In this document: positions 39,701-51,034 of the stretch, one piece after another
Numbering within the stretch: position 1 is the stretch's first letter
Layout: every line of letters starts with the position of its first letter
Assembly: GCA_030141605.1 (NCBI GenBank)
Contig: JAQGDQ010002374.1
Coordinates: 248,001-312,000, forward strand
DNA length: 64,000 nt
Direction of reading: 5' to 3'
Origin: Tubiluchus corallicola
Lineage: Eukaryota; Animalia; Priapulida
Made by a program: the position numbers and the translations under genes
The notes under the pieces: model-generated
What the model was told of the DNA's origin: nothing
Databases searched by the model: none
Seen by the model: the letters and a program-made list of their open reading frames with translations, nothing else

Positions 39701-42700
39701 GTCTTTTGCTACCCCGTCTCAAATACTTCACTAAGTCTGCTATAGAAATAATAAGTTTGCTTTAAATAATTATTATATTGGACATTAAAATATTTTTTAG
39801 TAGAATATTCAAGAGAAAAGTCAACGACAAGGAATTATACAATTGCTTAACCCACACTGTATGATGTTTTTGAAAGAGGACATCTTGTAGCTCTGTTCCT
39901 TTCTCTTTCTAAAGCACTAGTTGTTTGTATATGATATTCAGTAAAATTTTAAGTAAATTGTGTGGGAGGTTTGTCATGCAAAAGCCATTTATAGAAGCTC
40001 AGTATCTGAAACTATTTATTTGTAAAGCATTTTTTGGAACTCTTTTTCAAATTTCTGAAAACTTGACAAAATGTCAAATTAACAATCACCATGACTGATT
40101 TTTAACCACACGCCAATGTTTCAGTAATTTGCCTCATCAATCACAAATTACGTTAACACAGCTTTGCTGTTTTTCTATCAATTTGATCATAGAAATAAGA
40201 AAATTTGAATGTTTTAGCAGAGCTCATGAATTTAATTAATTGCAGCATTTGCAACCAAAACTCTCAAGAACTAATGAATGTCACATTAATAACTAATTAA
40301 TTAAACTATCATTAATTTTTAGCATGGATTTCTGTACGTATCTTATTTTACTTGCACAAGATTTAACCAATTGAAATAAAAGTAAACTTGCTAATTGCCT
40401 GGTTGACTCACAATTTTTTCACACTTTTGTTGTTCAGTTAATCAACTATTATTGTTGTTGTTGTCGTCGTCGTTGTCATCATCATCATCATCATCATTAG
40501 TATTTATTTATTCATTGGGTTATCACATTTCAATGTGTAAAAATCTATTATTGAGTTGAGAGCCAACTAATTTGATGACATTTAAAATTTATCTATGAGT
40601 TTGGAGTTTGATTACAAACATTATGATTCTTTTTAACTCGCTAATTACTGCTTTCAGGCTGAGATTTCCCTGAAAAAGAAAAAGTTTTTTTTAATTATAA
40701 TTTTTGGGGTCATCACTCATGATGCTCTACCTGCCCCTTCACTAGGATCCACCTTCACTAGTGGTGACTCCTTAATCCAACGTGCTACTCACTCAGTAAC
40801 TGGTTTTACTCCTGTCTTACAATTTTAACGCAACATTGAACTTTCTTAAATTTAGCTTGAAGAAGACAAAGTGCCCTTTAAGTCTCAAAAAAAATTATTT
40901 TCCCTGGTGCATTTGTGCTTGGTAGAGATACAACAATTTAAAAAATCATAAAAATTATAGATAAAACTACATGTAAAGTGTAAGTATACAATGGCATTAA
41001 AATAAGGGATACAAAATTCATTAAGAAGCTGTATTAAAAACTAAAATAGAAAAAAAAATCATTGGGAAGCTGTATTAAAAACTTATTTAGAAAAAACATT
41101 ACAATTTCTAATTAATAAAAAAAATCAAGATCAAAATGAAACTGCTGACAAACATACCTGAAGCTACTTGTATGGCCTAGAATAGATCATGAAATAAAGC
41201 CTTCTTAATGAACTTTGTATCCTCTATTTTAATGTCATTGTATACTTACACTTTACATGTAGTCCGTGACGGAATGAAAGCTTCTGGAAAAATAAAAGTT
41301 TTTGAGATTCAAAGGGCACTGTGACTTCTTTATGATTATTTCTTGAATTTAGTATGCTTCATGCATTTAAGAAATTCTGACATTCGTAGTGCTGTTATCT
41401 CAGACATAATGACTCTCTAGTTATTTCTTACTTTCTTTGTTTGTGTTTTTACGATATTTGATTGATTTCTTGTAAGAATACACACTTTCCTGGAAATTTA
41501 TCTTTTCTTTGTTTTCTGTGCTACATTTACAGGTTTAATTAAAAAGTAGACAAATGAAAAATGTTGGTTTTTTTTGTTTATTTTGGTTTTATGTCATTGG
41601 ATTACTTTTAAGATTATACGTATTCCATGAAAGTGATTGCTAATATTTGACTGCATTGTCAGGACTTAGAAAAAACAGAATGACACCTGGCAAGGTAACG
41701 TTCCATTAGTCATTGCTTGAGTTTCATTTCAGGTGTTTAAAATTATACTTTGCCATTTCCGCTGCATTTTATGTACATTTGTACATAAATATTCATTTAT
41801 TTTGGTTGTTTAAATTAATTTTAAATATTTTCTTTTAGTCAAAAAGAAAGTCAGAACGTGATGAGCCTACCACAGAGAACTGTGCTGCCAAGATCAAGCG
41901 CAAGTCGGGCGATTCCCCAACTGGAACACCGAATTCTTCTTCCACCAGAAAAATGTGCCAATTTAGCGATAGCCTACCACCGTTCTATTCCCAGTAAGTG
42001 TGGTACAGTCGTATCTTATACGTATTTTTATAGCAAAATTGCTACCTTTCATTTTAAAGAAAAGTAGGAGTCCGCTAAGTGCCAGTTTAAATTCAGCAAT
42101 ATTACTGCGTTTTTAAACGAAAATTTCAGGTCAGCTAGTTATCATTACCCACCACAAGAGGGAGTGATGGCAGACCGTCATCAGGCTTTTGGTTTACCAA
42201 CAGGCGCTACATCTGCCTCATTAACGCCACGACGACGCATCCCGTCCAAATCTAATCCACCAGTGGAGATGAACGAGTGGCTAAAAGTATTTCAGGTCAG
42301 TTTACTTTGAGATTCATACTGATCGCAAATTTAGAAATGGAAAAAAATTGCTCATAGTTAATCGTTGTGTGTAGATAAAGTTGTATGTTTGAGAAAGCTT
42401 GTGGTCATCTGAATCTGAAAAAATGTAGTCTCTTGATTCTTTTACGAAGGTGATGATTTCTTTATTGTAAGAGCTAAATATTTTTTGTATTTACTTTTAG
42501 TCATGGAGTAATGCTGAGCGCTTGCTAGCGTTAGATCAACTAATAGAATTATGTGAGCCAACACAGGTACGACATATCATGACTGTTATTGAGCCACAAT
42601 TTCAGAGGGATTTTATCAGCTTATTGCCAAAAGAGGTAATTAACTGTTTTTCATTTCTCATGTTAACATATTTCTTAGGTTAACAAGTAATTCTAATATT

Positions 42701-45700
42701 CACATAATTTGAGTTTTGATACAAATTTTTGCTGCGTCAGAAATGGTAATTTGTAAGAGCACTAGCTTATAATGCTTCCTCTTACTTGTCAGTTCTGTTG
42801 CCATTTTATGCACATTTTATGGTCAACACCAAAGTTTAGAGCACTGATTCTGCCATCTAGTTGAATTGCTGTTGAACTAACAGGAGTTGGTATGCCTCTA
42901 AGCCAGTGGTTCTTAACCTTGTTGGAGGTACCGAACCCCACCAGTTTCATATGCGCATTCACCGAACCCTTCTTTAGTGAAAAATAAAATATGATTTTTT
43001 TCAAATTCAAGACATAGATATGTTTTTTACTGGTACACAAAATGAGCCGTGCATGAACATCACCTTATTCAAAGAACAAAACCAACACAATGCATAAACT
43101 CACAACAAATTACATACCTGCAAATCAGTGTGACTTCTGCTGTTGCCTTTGAGAGACCAGTTCAGATATGCATGGCTTCACCTTGGCCACTCTGCTGAAC
43201 CCCTGAGATCGACTCACCGAACCCCTAGGGTTCGATCGAATCCAGGTTAAGAACCACTGCTCTAAGCTAATAGTTTTTCATGCACTATTTGTAGTTGCTA
43301 ATGTTAATTATTGTGTACTCCTAATATTTAAAAAAAACTTGGAAATGACCAGCATTTGTGCATTGCAATTTCACCTAATGCATCATAATTAGTCATTTGA
43401 ACGAGAGAGGAAAACCGTGTAAATATTCTTTTGTTTTAGCTTTTTTGTAAACTTTCTGGTTCGTTTTAGAAAAATAGTCTGCAATTTGCTGTCGCAATTT
43501 ATTGACCATGGCTCATTTAAGTTTTACACTCACGACAGAGACATTCATTCATTCATTTTCATATAAAATTTAATGCCTGCGGGCCATTTTTCCAAAATTG
43601 CTTAAATTTTTTTGAACTTTGGAAAATTATAAGACTATTATGCTTAGATAAGTTGTGTTTGCTGTTGAAAAACTAACTGCTTACAGTCAGTAATAATTAA
43701 TAGATCAGTAATAGTTAATAGATAATGATACAGAGTGAAATTAATGCATAACATAATGTTGACCTTTTTAGCTTGCCCTGTACGTGTTGTCGTTTTTGGA
43801 GCCTCGGTCACTTTTACATGCGGCTCAGACATGTCGTTATTGGCGTGTGTTAGCCGAGGATAATCTACTTTGGCGAGAGAAGTGCCGAGAAGCTGGAATA
43901 GACGAGGCAGTCGTGTTTAACAAGTATGTATGCAGTTTTATACAGAGCACGACATTGGCTTTTTGTTCTTATACGAATGAAGCATAGAAACATGATTAAG
44001 AATGTTTGCTATTAAAAATAAGCTAGTGACAGCATGGTTTCAGTCAAACTCGATTGACTTCCAATCATTCACTTTTACATTGCGCTTGTGGCAAAATTTT
44101 TGCCTTGCGCCTAGTTTCTTGAATTTCATATACATTAGAATCTTGTTTTGTCACGGTGTTTGTGATGGCATAGCCTGTTATACTTGCATATTACATATTA
44201 CAGTAAAACTTACATATTACATGCACGTGCATCCACTGAACATTACACTTGTGTTAGTAATCTCTTGTCACCCCTTTCCGTAAATGAAACTGCTAATAAT
44301 GGGGTTGTCATTTTCTACTGTATTAGCTCAAACACCTGAAACCATTTAAACTATTCTAAGTAGAGCATACCTGCTTCATGGGACTCTTTAGTAGAGCAAA
44401 CAAAAGTGTATACCCAACGACAGAGATATTTTTAGAATGCGATTTTGTCCTGAAACTCTTAGAACTATGAGATGTTCTTATCAATTGTGTGCATAAAATT
44501 TCAAAAGTATTTTGCTGTTTTATTTTCATCTTTCATTTATTGTTCCAGTTTTTATGTTGATAGATAATACTTCCTTTAAGCTTTTAAATTGGTGCGGAGA
44601 ATTAAGTTGTCTAAGTCTTGATTTTTATATCCATCTTGATGAAGAAATTCTGTCGCAAATATTTCATTTGTCTCAGGTCGTTTTTTTTTACAGATTTCCT
44701 TGCTTTGTTTTTATCTAGGAAACGAAGATTAGTCTCTGGCACTCATCGAAGTCCTTGGAAAAGTGCTTACATGCGACAGCATCAGATTGAAATGAATTGG
44801 CGAGTCGGTCAAATTCGCACGCCCAAGGTATAAGTTAAGAACGTGCGCTGTTATTTATAATCTTTAAATTTTTATAACATTGTCACTTAATAATGGTATG
44901 AGCTATTAGTTGAGATTTTTTTAACCAGACTTGTTCAAATAAAAAAATGTGAAAAGCTGAGAACGAACCTAGCTGATATTGGACTTGTAGTCTAAAGTTA
45001 GTTCTGGCTATTTCAATTTCTTATCTTGGCATTGGATTTAGAATCCAAAAGTCCAGGTTTAAATTAGGGCTCAGTTTCGGTTATGTTTGCCTTACAAAAA
45101 AACCTTGAGTTGTCAGTTTATTCTATTACGATATTCTACATTTCAGTTTCTATCCTGCCCATATGTTTTGGTAAGCAAAACTAAAGATTTTTTTATTTAA
45201 TATTGGAAAAATATTTGTGCTTTTCTAGGTGTTGAAGGGACACGATGATCATGTTATCACCTGTCTGCAGTTCTCAGGTAACCGGGTTGTCAGCGGATCG
45301 GATGACAACACGCTCAAGGTGTGGTCAGCAACCACCGGAAAGGTAAGCGAAGTTTCTTTGGACACATATCTTATTTATTGTTTCATAAATGTTCCATCAA
45401 TACAAATGTAAACATACAACAATGTATAGAATAACAAACAAAATGCTAAGTCACACTTTTGCCTACAGTTTCATTGTGTCCGTTGTACATACAGACCTAT
45501 GAAGCAAAGTTCAAAAACTTTTGTGTAACAAATTAGGAAAGCCTGTTTTAATTTAATAGTTGTAACAACATAATACAACATCCAACTTTTTCTAGTGTTT
45601 ACGCACACTTGTTGGTCACACTGGCGGTGTTTGGTCATCACAGATGTCGGGTAACATTATAATCAGTGGTTCAACTGACCGCACACTAAAGGTTTGGAAT

Positions 45701-48700
45701 GCCGACACTGGACAGTGTACGCACACTCTGTACGGGCACACGTCAACTGTACGATGCATGCATCTACATGGGAATAAGTAAGCTTTTTTCAGTTTTTAAT
45801 GTACTTTTAATCTACCCAGTGACTTTTACAGTCAAACCTCGTTTGGCATTACAAAAGGAGTAACGCTCCTTTTGTAATGCCAACCTCCCTCAGGACCCAA
45901 ATTTTAGTAAAACAAAATATCCGTATTTGCATAAATACGTATGCATGAATGCACCTTGTTATAATGCCAGACTCGCTATAACGTTTTTGCATTCTCAAAG
46001 TAGGCGGTGTAAAGAGGTTTGACTATTATGTTAATTTAATGTTCAGTAACCCAGATTCTAGATCTAGAGAAAGCAGGTGTTCAGATTTTTATTGCTTTTC
46101 AGTGTGTATGGCATTATATTATCATTTTCCAAATGCATTCAATATGTTATATCTTTCTGCATTTCAGAGTAGTGAGTGGATCACGGGATGCAACACTTAG
46201 AGTCTGGGACGTTGACAGTGGTGAGTGTTTGCACGTGCTGATGGGTCACGTTGCTGCTGTCCGATGCGTCCAGTATGATGGCAAGAGGGTTGTTAGTGGG
46301 GCGTATGATTACACTGTTAAAGTTTGGAATCCGGATTCGGAAGAGTGCCTACACACGTTGACCGGACATACGAATCGTGTCTATTCCTTACAGGTATGGC
46401 ATTTTTAAAAAATCGATCGTAATAGTAGCAAGAATCGAGTAAGCAAATGTCTTTTACAGCTAATATAACAAAATAAATTACAAATTAAGAGCCATTGACT
46501 TTAACTTCATAATTTGAAAAAAAATGAATTTCATGTAAAAAATTAATTTTATGTAACTATGTACTTTTAACTGTTAACAATTTATATGTTGTCAAGTCGC
46601 ATCTTGCCAGAAACAGGAGTCTGCAATGGTGTATTTCATCTGTTGTAAATGGTCAAAACACAAAAACAAAATCTCCCACTCAGTACCACTTTCTCTCATC
46701 ACATAACATTGAAATCCTGGGAAATTTAGGTAGTTGCAGTTATTATCTTTATTATATCAGTGTAATTTTAAAAGTACTTTGTTAACTAATTCTTCGCTTT
46801 GTTTTCACTGCACACGAATGCATCCATTACAAGAATAGGAGTACAGTACATGGCATCTGTTAGTACTACTGGTATCGTATTTTAATGTTTATGTAAATTA
46901 TTCTTGTCTCTCACATCATTGATTGATGTTTACATTTTAGTTTGATGGCATTCACGTAGTCAGCGGTTCACTGGATACATCGATACGTGTTTGGGACATT
47001 GAAACGGGTAACTGTTTACACACGCTGATGGGACATCAGTCGTTAACTAGTGGCATGGAGCTCAAGGACAACATACTTGTGTCGGGGAATGCTGATTCGA
47101 CAGTCAAAGTGTGGGACATCGTGACAGGGCAATGCTTGCAAACATTAACAGGTAAACTAGGTCTCTTACCTTAATGTGTTCTACTACTGGTTTCTACTGG
47201 TGCTGCTGCTATTACTACTTGCTACTGTAGTACTTTACCACTATTTACTACTATGTTCAGCTACTGTAGTTTGCCAGTTAAAGGTGGGGCAAGCTGAAAT
47301 TCATTGAATTTTTAATACCAAACTTGAGTAATATATCTAAAGAAATTGGCAGTGATTCTGGAGTCTAGACTCGAATCGCAGATGATATTTGAATTATGAA
47401 TTTAATAATTCTGTGTTCTTTCTATCAAAAAGTTCATGTTATGTTTTTCTTTTTATATTCTGTATTAAACAATCTCAGTATTTTTTGTTTGACTTAGGCA
47501 CATAGTTAGCCTAGATAGCAATCTGCTTAATCTTCCTCTATCTGGGGCAAGTTATATTCTACATTCTTTTGTGACTGTCACACTTGCTTGATTGATAATA
47601 TAACATTCAAGATGTGTAAACACTTTTCAGGCCCCAACAAACATCAGAGTGCGGTCACTTGTTTGCAGTTTAATAGCAAGTTTGTTATCACGTCTTCTGA
47701 TGATGGTACCGTAAAACTGTGGGATTTGAAGACTGGTGAATTCCTGCGAAATCTGGTGTCTTTAGATAGTGGTGGCAGTGGTGGTGTTGTGTGGAGGATA
47801 AGGTAAGCTAACTGAAAATTACAAAAACAACATACTAAGATTGACTCCCAAAATATGTGTGATGCGATATATGCAGAACAAGTTGATAATAGCAATTATA
47901 CTTTTAATATATGGTCTTGTATGAGATTTTTTATTCCTGGAAATGACAATAATTCATTGCAAAAAATATAGTTTTAAACATGAATTGAAATAGTACAGAG
48001 TAGTATAAAAAATGACAAACATTGTTTGAACCCTAAATAGGAGTGTAGTGGCTATAGAATTAATAAGTAAGCACTTTGAACACGACTTTAATGTAGTTCA
48101 ATTATGTAAACATAATAAAATACTAGGTGATAGTAAACTTTTACTGTGTTATCAGTTCTTGTTTGTTAGCCAAGACAACACAGCCTGTCTAGACAAGACA
48201 ATATGTTTCCGACTCCTTATTGCTAATATTAGGCACATTCAAAAAGCTAATGTTTTAGTTAAAGTTGAATCTTGAAGTGCACTCGTAACATGGCAATCGT
48301 ATGCTAATAAAAGTTGACGTGAAGTAATTGAAGCTGTAGCTGTAGAACGTATCAATGAGTACATTGAAAAGTTGTTGGCTTGACACAAGCATTGCTAGCA
48401 GCCAAAGCAGTAGTAGGCTAATTACATTGTTGCGTATAAGCTTGTGAAATGGCAAACGTGAGCCAGAAAATGCACAAACACCTTTTAAACTCAAAGTATT
48501 GACATGTTTTACGTTTTCTTGGCTTTCTATGCAAACAATAGCTTACTCATTACACAAGTAATGAATAAAAATCAAGCAGTTAATTGAATTATTTTAACCT
48601 TCATTGTCAACAACTTCATCTAATCTTTTATAAAGGCTGCAAATGTTAACTCAGATGTATCATAAGTATTGTATCGTTATAGCTGTACTAGAAACAGGAC

Positions 48701-48844
48701 TATTATTTTGTTTGACGTTAGTTGATAGCAACTTATTTTTGTTTCAGAGCAAGTCAAACGAAATTAGTCTGTGCTGTTGGGTCAAGAAATGGTACAGAAG
48801 AAACAAAGTTATTAGTGCAAGATTTTGATGCTGATGTTAAATAA
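21655..48844 (+). CDS. FBXW7: Predicted long isoform: HhH / acidic linker / D-domain / F-box / WD40 FBXW7, about 825 aa, 17 coding exons
   Basis: Exons 21655-21780, 28035-28177, 28803-28992, 30357-30602, 31771-31792, then the core exons from 41663. Summed length is 2478 nt, in frame throughout, all introns GT-AG. The join to the core is inferred from phase compatibility only. Confidence 0.6.
24845..25712 (+). mobile_element. Probable Helentron-associated (HINE/DINE-1-like) non-autonomous element; 5' boundary uncertain
   Basis: GC-richer intronic island with internal repeats (GTTCCCGACCCC, CCTAGCGG), a CATGACCTTTGAC motif and a 3' hairpin TAAGATTTTGC-TATG-GCGAAATCTTA at 25684-25709 after an A-rich tract. 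Confidence 0.35.
28035..28177 (+). CDS. Second coding exon, HhH motif 2
   Basis: TTTTGTATAG| acceptor; [47 protein letters not shown]; donor CG|GTGAGT. Phase 0 in, phase 2 out. Completes the HHH_3/ComEA consensus (INTA..L..LPG.G...A..I...R...GGF..V.DL..VPGIG). Confidence 0.85.
28574..28650. repeat. (TG)n-rich microsatellite
   Basis: TGTGTG run at 28599-28621 with degenerate TGCG/TGCA flanks. Confidence 0.9.
28803..28992 (+). CDS. Third coding exon (low-complexity linker)
   Basis: TCTTTCCAG| acceptor; [63 protein letters not shown]; donor |GTGAGT. Phase 2 in, phase 0 out, matching both neighbours. Confidence 0.75.
30357..30602 (+). CDS. Fourth coding exon (Asp/Glu-rich linker)
   Basis: TTTTTTACAG| acceptor; [11 protein letters not shown]...[56 protein letters not shown]; donor TTG|GTAAGT. 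Phase 0 in, phase 0 out. Confidence 0.75.
31771..31792 (+). CDS. 22-nt microexon linking the HhH module to the FBXW7 core
   Basis: GCTTTCCTAG|TCGTTGTCGAGACAATGCTCAG|GTAAAT; encodes SLSRQCS+G. Phase 0 in, phase 1 out, exactly what exon 41663 requires. Confidence 0.55.
32393..32782. mobile_element. Old hAT-like MITE
   Basis: Ends CAAGAGCGTAGC / GCTATACTACTG form a degenerate TIR; flanking 8-mers CTAGTGTT and TTAGTGTC look like a decayed 8-bp TSD. Confidence 0.45.
34051..34107. repeat. Minisatellite, 3 x 19 bp (CACAGTACTGTTTTTAACT)
   Basis: Three consecutive copies, the first with one mismatch. Confidence 0.9.
38936..38978 (+). promoter_or_regulatory. CCAAT box plus TATA box: candidate internal promoter for a short FBXW7 isoform
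   Basis: CCAAT at 38936-38940 and TATATATAA at 38970-38978, upstream of a phase-compatible first exon. Confidence 0.5.
39110..39170 (+). CDS. FBXW7: Alternative first coding exon of FBXW7 (short isoform)
   Basis: ATG at 39110 gives [20 protein letters not shown]+G; donor TAG|GTCAGG is phase 1, compatible with exon 41663 (G|GA); preceded by CCAAT/TATA. Confidence 0.5.
40450..40497. repeat. Compound trinucleotide microsatellite (TTG)n(TCG)n(ATC)n
   Basis: Read directly from the sequence. Confidence 0.8.
40859..41331. mobile_element. MITE / fold-back element with long inverted repeats
   Basis: Left arm about 40859-41028 (AAGAAGACAAAGTGCCCTTT...CTACATGTAAAGTGTAAGTATACAATGGCATTAAAAT...TTCATTAAGAAG) is mirrored by the right arm at about 41200-41331. 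Confidence 0.7.
41663..48844 (+). CDS. FBXW7: F-box/WD repeat-containing protein 7 (Cdc4/Ago/SEL-10 orthologue), common core exons
   Basis: Exons 41663-41694, 41839-41993, 42130-42295, 42501-42635, 43772-43923, 44719-44827, 45229-45342, 45596-45777, 46168-46393, 46941-47151, 47631-47802, 48748-48844 (TAA). D domain ([34 protein letters not shown]), F-box ([21 protein letters not shown]), WD40 repeats ([14 protein letters not shown]...), substrate-binding arginines in STVRC, SGSRD and AAVRC, and C-terminal [14 protein letters not shown]. Confidence 0.96.
42904..43259. mobile_element. Young hAT (Charlie-type) MITE, 356 bp, in an FBXW7 intron
   Basis: Perfect 16-bp TIRs CAGTGGTTCTTAACCT / AGGTTAAGAACCACTG and a perfect 8-bp TSD CTCTAAGC (42896-42903, 43260-43267); subterminal CCGAACCC repeats. 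Confidence 0.92.
45829..46025. mobile_element. Short Tc1/pogo-like MITE with the same TIR as 3324-4770
   Basis: TA|CAGTCAAACCTCGTT ... AAGAGGTTTGACTA (one terminal mismatch). Confidence 0.6.
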
Positions 48845-50154
48845 GTGTACTCGAGTCATCATAGAAAATTGTCACACGTACGGGACCAAGATTTCCACTT
48901 GTGTAATTTGCGAGAAGAGTGCAATGATTGGCGTAGAGAGTCCGAACAGTATTAATGAACTCCGACTAAGCCTAAGCATAATTGCATTAACGTTTTCAAA
49001 TAATCGAACTTTAGGAATTTTCTTGCATTACTGTGGCACAAGTACTAAGTTTGTAGTGATCCTTTACCTCAGGCTTTTGCAAAAAATGTGCTTCTTATCA
49101 TCTTTATCAAAGTCTTACAGCTGATGTATCAACCCAACTTTGCTCTTAAAGTATGTAGTGACATGCTCTCTTAAAATTTTATTAGCATTTTCTTTAACTG
49201 TGTAATTGTGAGTCTGTCATTATTATTTTAGCTGTTCTTGTGCCACAATCTTGCAATTTGTGCTTTTCTCTAAAAATATCTGGGAATCAAAGTGATGTGG
49301 AGTATAACGTAACCAATGGAGTTGTACTGTGTGCACGTCTCCTAGTCTTTCTTAATGGATAGTCTACTGTGTTCGATCGTCTTTCACTCGTATAGTGCGA
49401 CATCGAGAAGCAAATGGCTATAATGTTCGCGTTAGGAAACTGAAAAGCCCCATATTGATTATCATTTTACAGTATTGCTAATGAAATATAGATGGTGGCA
49501 TGGTAGATGACATCAGAAAATATAAGTGAGCTAACAGTTTTCTTTGGTCGAGGGACAAATGTCCCTGACTCTTAACTTTTTAGGAGAGATAGTCACTTGA
49601 TTCAGTAATTGATGATAATCTCCATTAATGTCTAATAGCTAGAGGCATGATGGTTACAGTCATGTCAGATCATGCGCATAAATATCCAGTGGTAAGTTTT
49701 TGCACCAATCCTGTTGTACAAATGTTCATGTATATAGTGGCTTCTAGATTTTGTGTAGGCCTTGGCAACTTATTTCGTCACGTTTTTTAGTTTAATTTTT
49801 ACTTATTCGTTTATGCTCTTAAACAAACGAGTAATTCCCGAAAGATCACTTTGGCATATTTACTTAGTATTTTCAGTTTTATTTGGCAACTTTAAAATAA
49901 ACATCTTCAATGTAGCATTAGAGCAGTGCATAACCCCCTCCCCCGATGACAAATTTGAAAATATGGCACTGAGGATAAAGCTGTTTTGCTTGTGTGATAT
50001 TTTTTTTGTTTTAGTTTAGTTGTTGAAGTTGGCAAGTGGCCAAAATTATTACGTAAGTGATAATTCTTTAGTTTATGCTAAAACTTTCTGTATAATTTTG
50101 TTGATGTGTGTGTTTGTTTTATTTTCACTTTGATACTTTGCTTATTTTTATGTA

Positions 50155-50160
50155 AATAAA
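50155..50160 (+). promoter_or_regulatory. Candidate polyadenylation signal of FBXW7 (3' UTR about 1.3 kb)
   Basis: AATAAA preceded by a T-rich tract and TGTA, followed by T-rich downstream sequence. Confidence 0.5.
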
Positions 50161-51034
50161 GTCTTGTTATTGAAAAAAGTGTGCATTGATTCTTTTAAAT
50201 CACTTTTCACTCTTACTACCCATTCCACTAATTCCTTGCATTATACCTGCAGACGTAAAAATTATACTTTGTACGTTTATACTTTTTCGCAGCTCTAAGG
50301 ATTCGTGAAGAGGTAACAATTTTAACAGTTAACCTTAGTTTGTTTTTTCTTTGTTTGTTTCCAAGCAAGATCCTGCTAGTAAATTAATAGTAGTTGCTGT
50401 TAGTAGATCAGACTAACAAAAAATTAAGTAGTCCACACAAAGTAAATTAAGTAGTTTTAGTAGGTACAGCAGCTGCGCATGTACACGATAAAATTGCGAA
50501 AAGGTTAACTGATTGTGGGCTCATAAAGTTTGATAGGTCACTAGCCTTTCTCCGTGTGATGTCACATCCTGCATAAATGCCACTAAGGGATATAAGAAAT
50601 TAGAAACAGATTTGATTTTTCCTGTTAATCATGGCACTTGCACTGTAAAGATTAATAATTTGCGCATTCATGTTTTTATCTTACATTTTTCGAAATATGC
50701 AGATTGGGATATAAATGCTTTTTCTATGCAATAAGCTGTAAACAATGTGTCTTATGGGTTAAACCTTGCATTAGTTGCAAGTCTCTAAAAAACTAATGAT
50801 GTTCAAAAAAGTACGCCTAGAATCAGAAATGAAAAGCGAAAAATGTTTGCAATTAGCTTTATACACAAAAGATTCTTATTTGATAACAATGCAATTTTTG
50901 ACCTTAAGGCATAAATTTGAGAAAAAAAACAGCAAGCAATATAAATTAGAGACAAAATTTAAAAAATGGGCTAAGTTAATGGAGAAACAGCTTTCACATT
51001 GGGTTACTACCCTAGAACTTGCAAAACATACATA

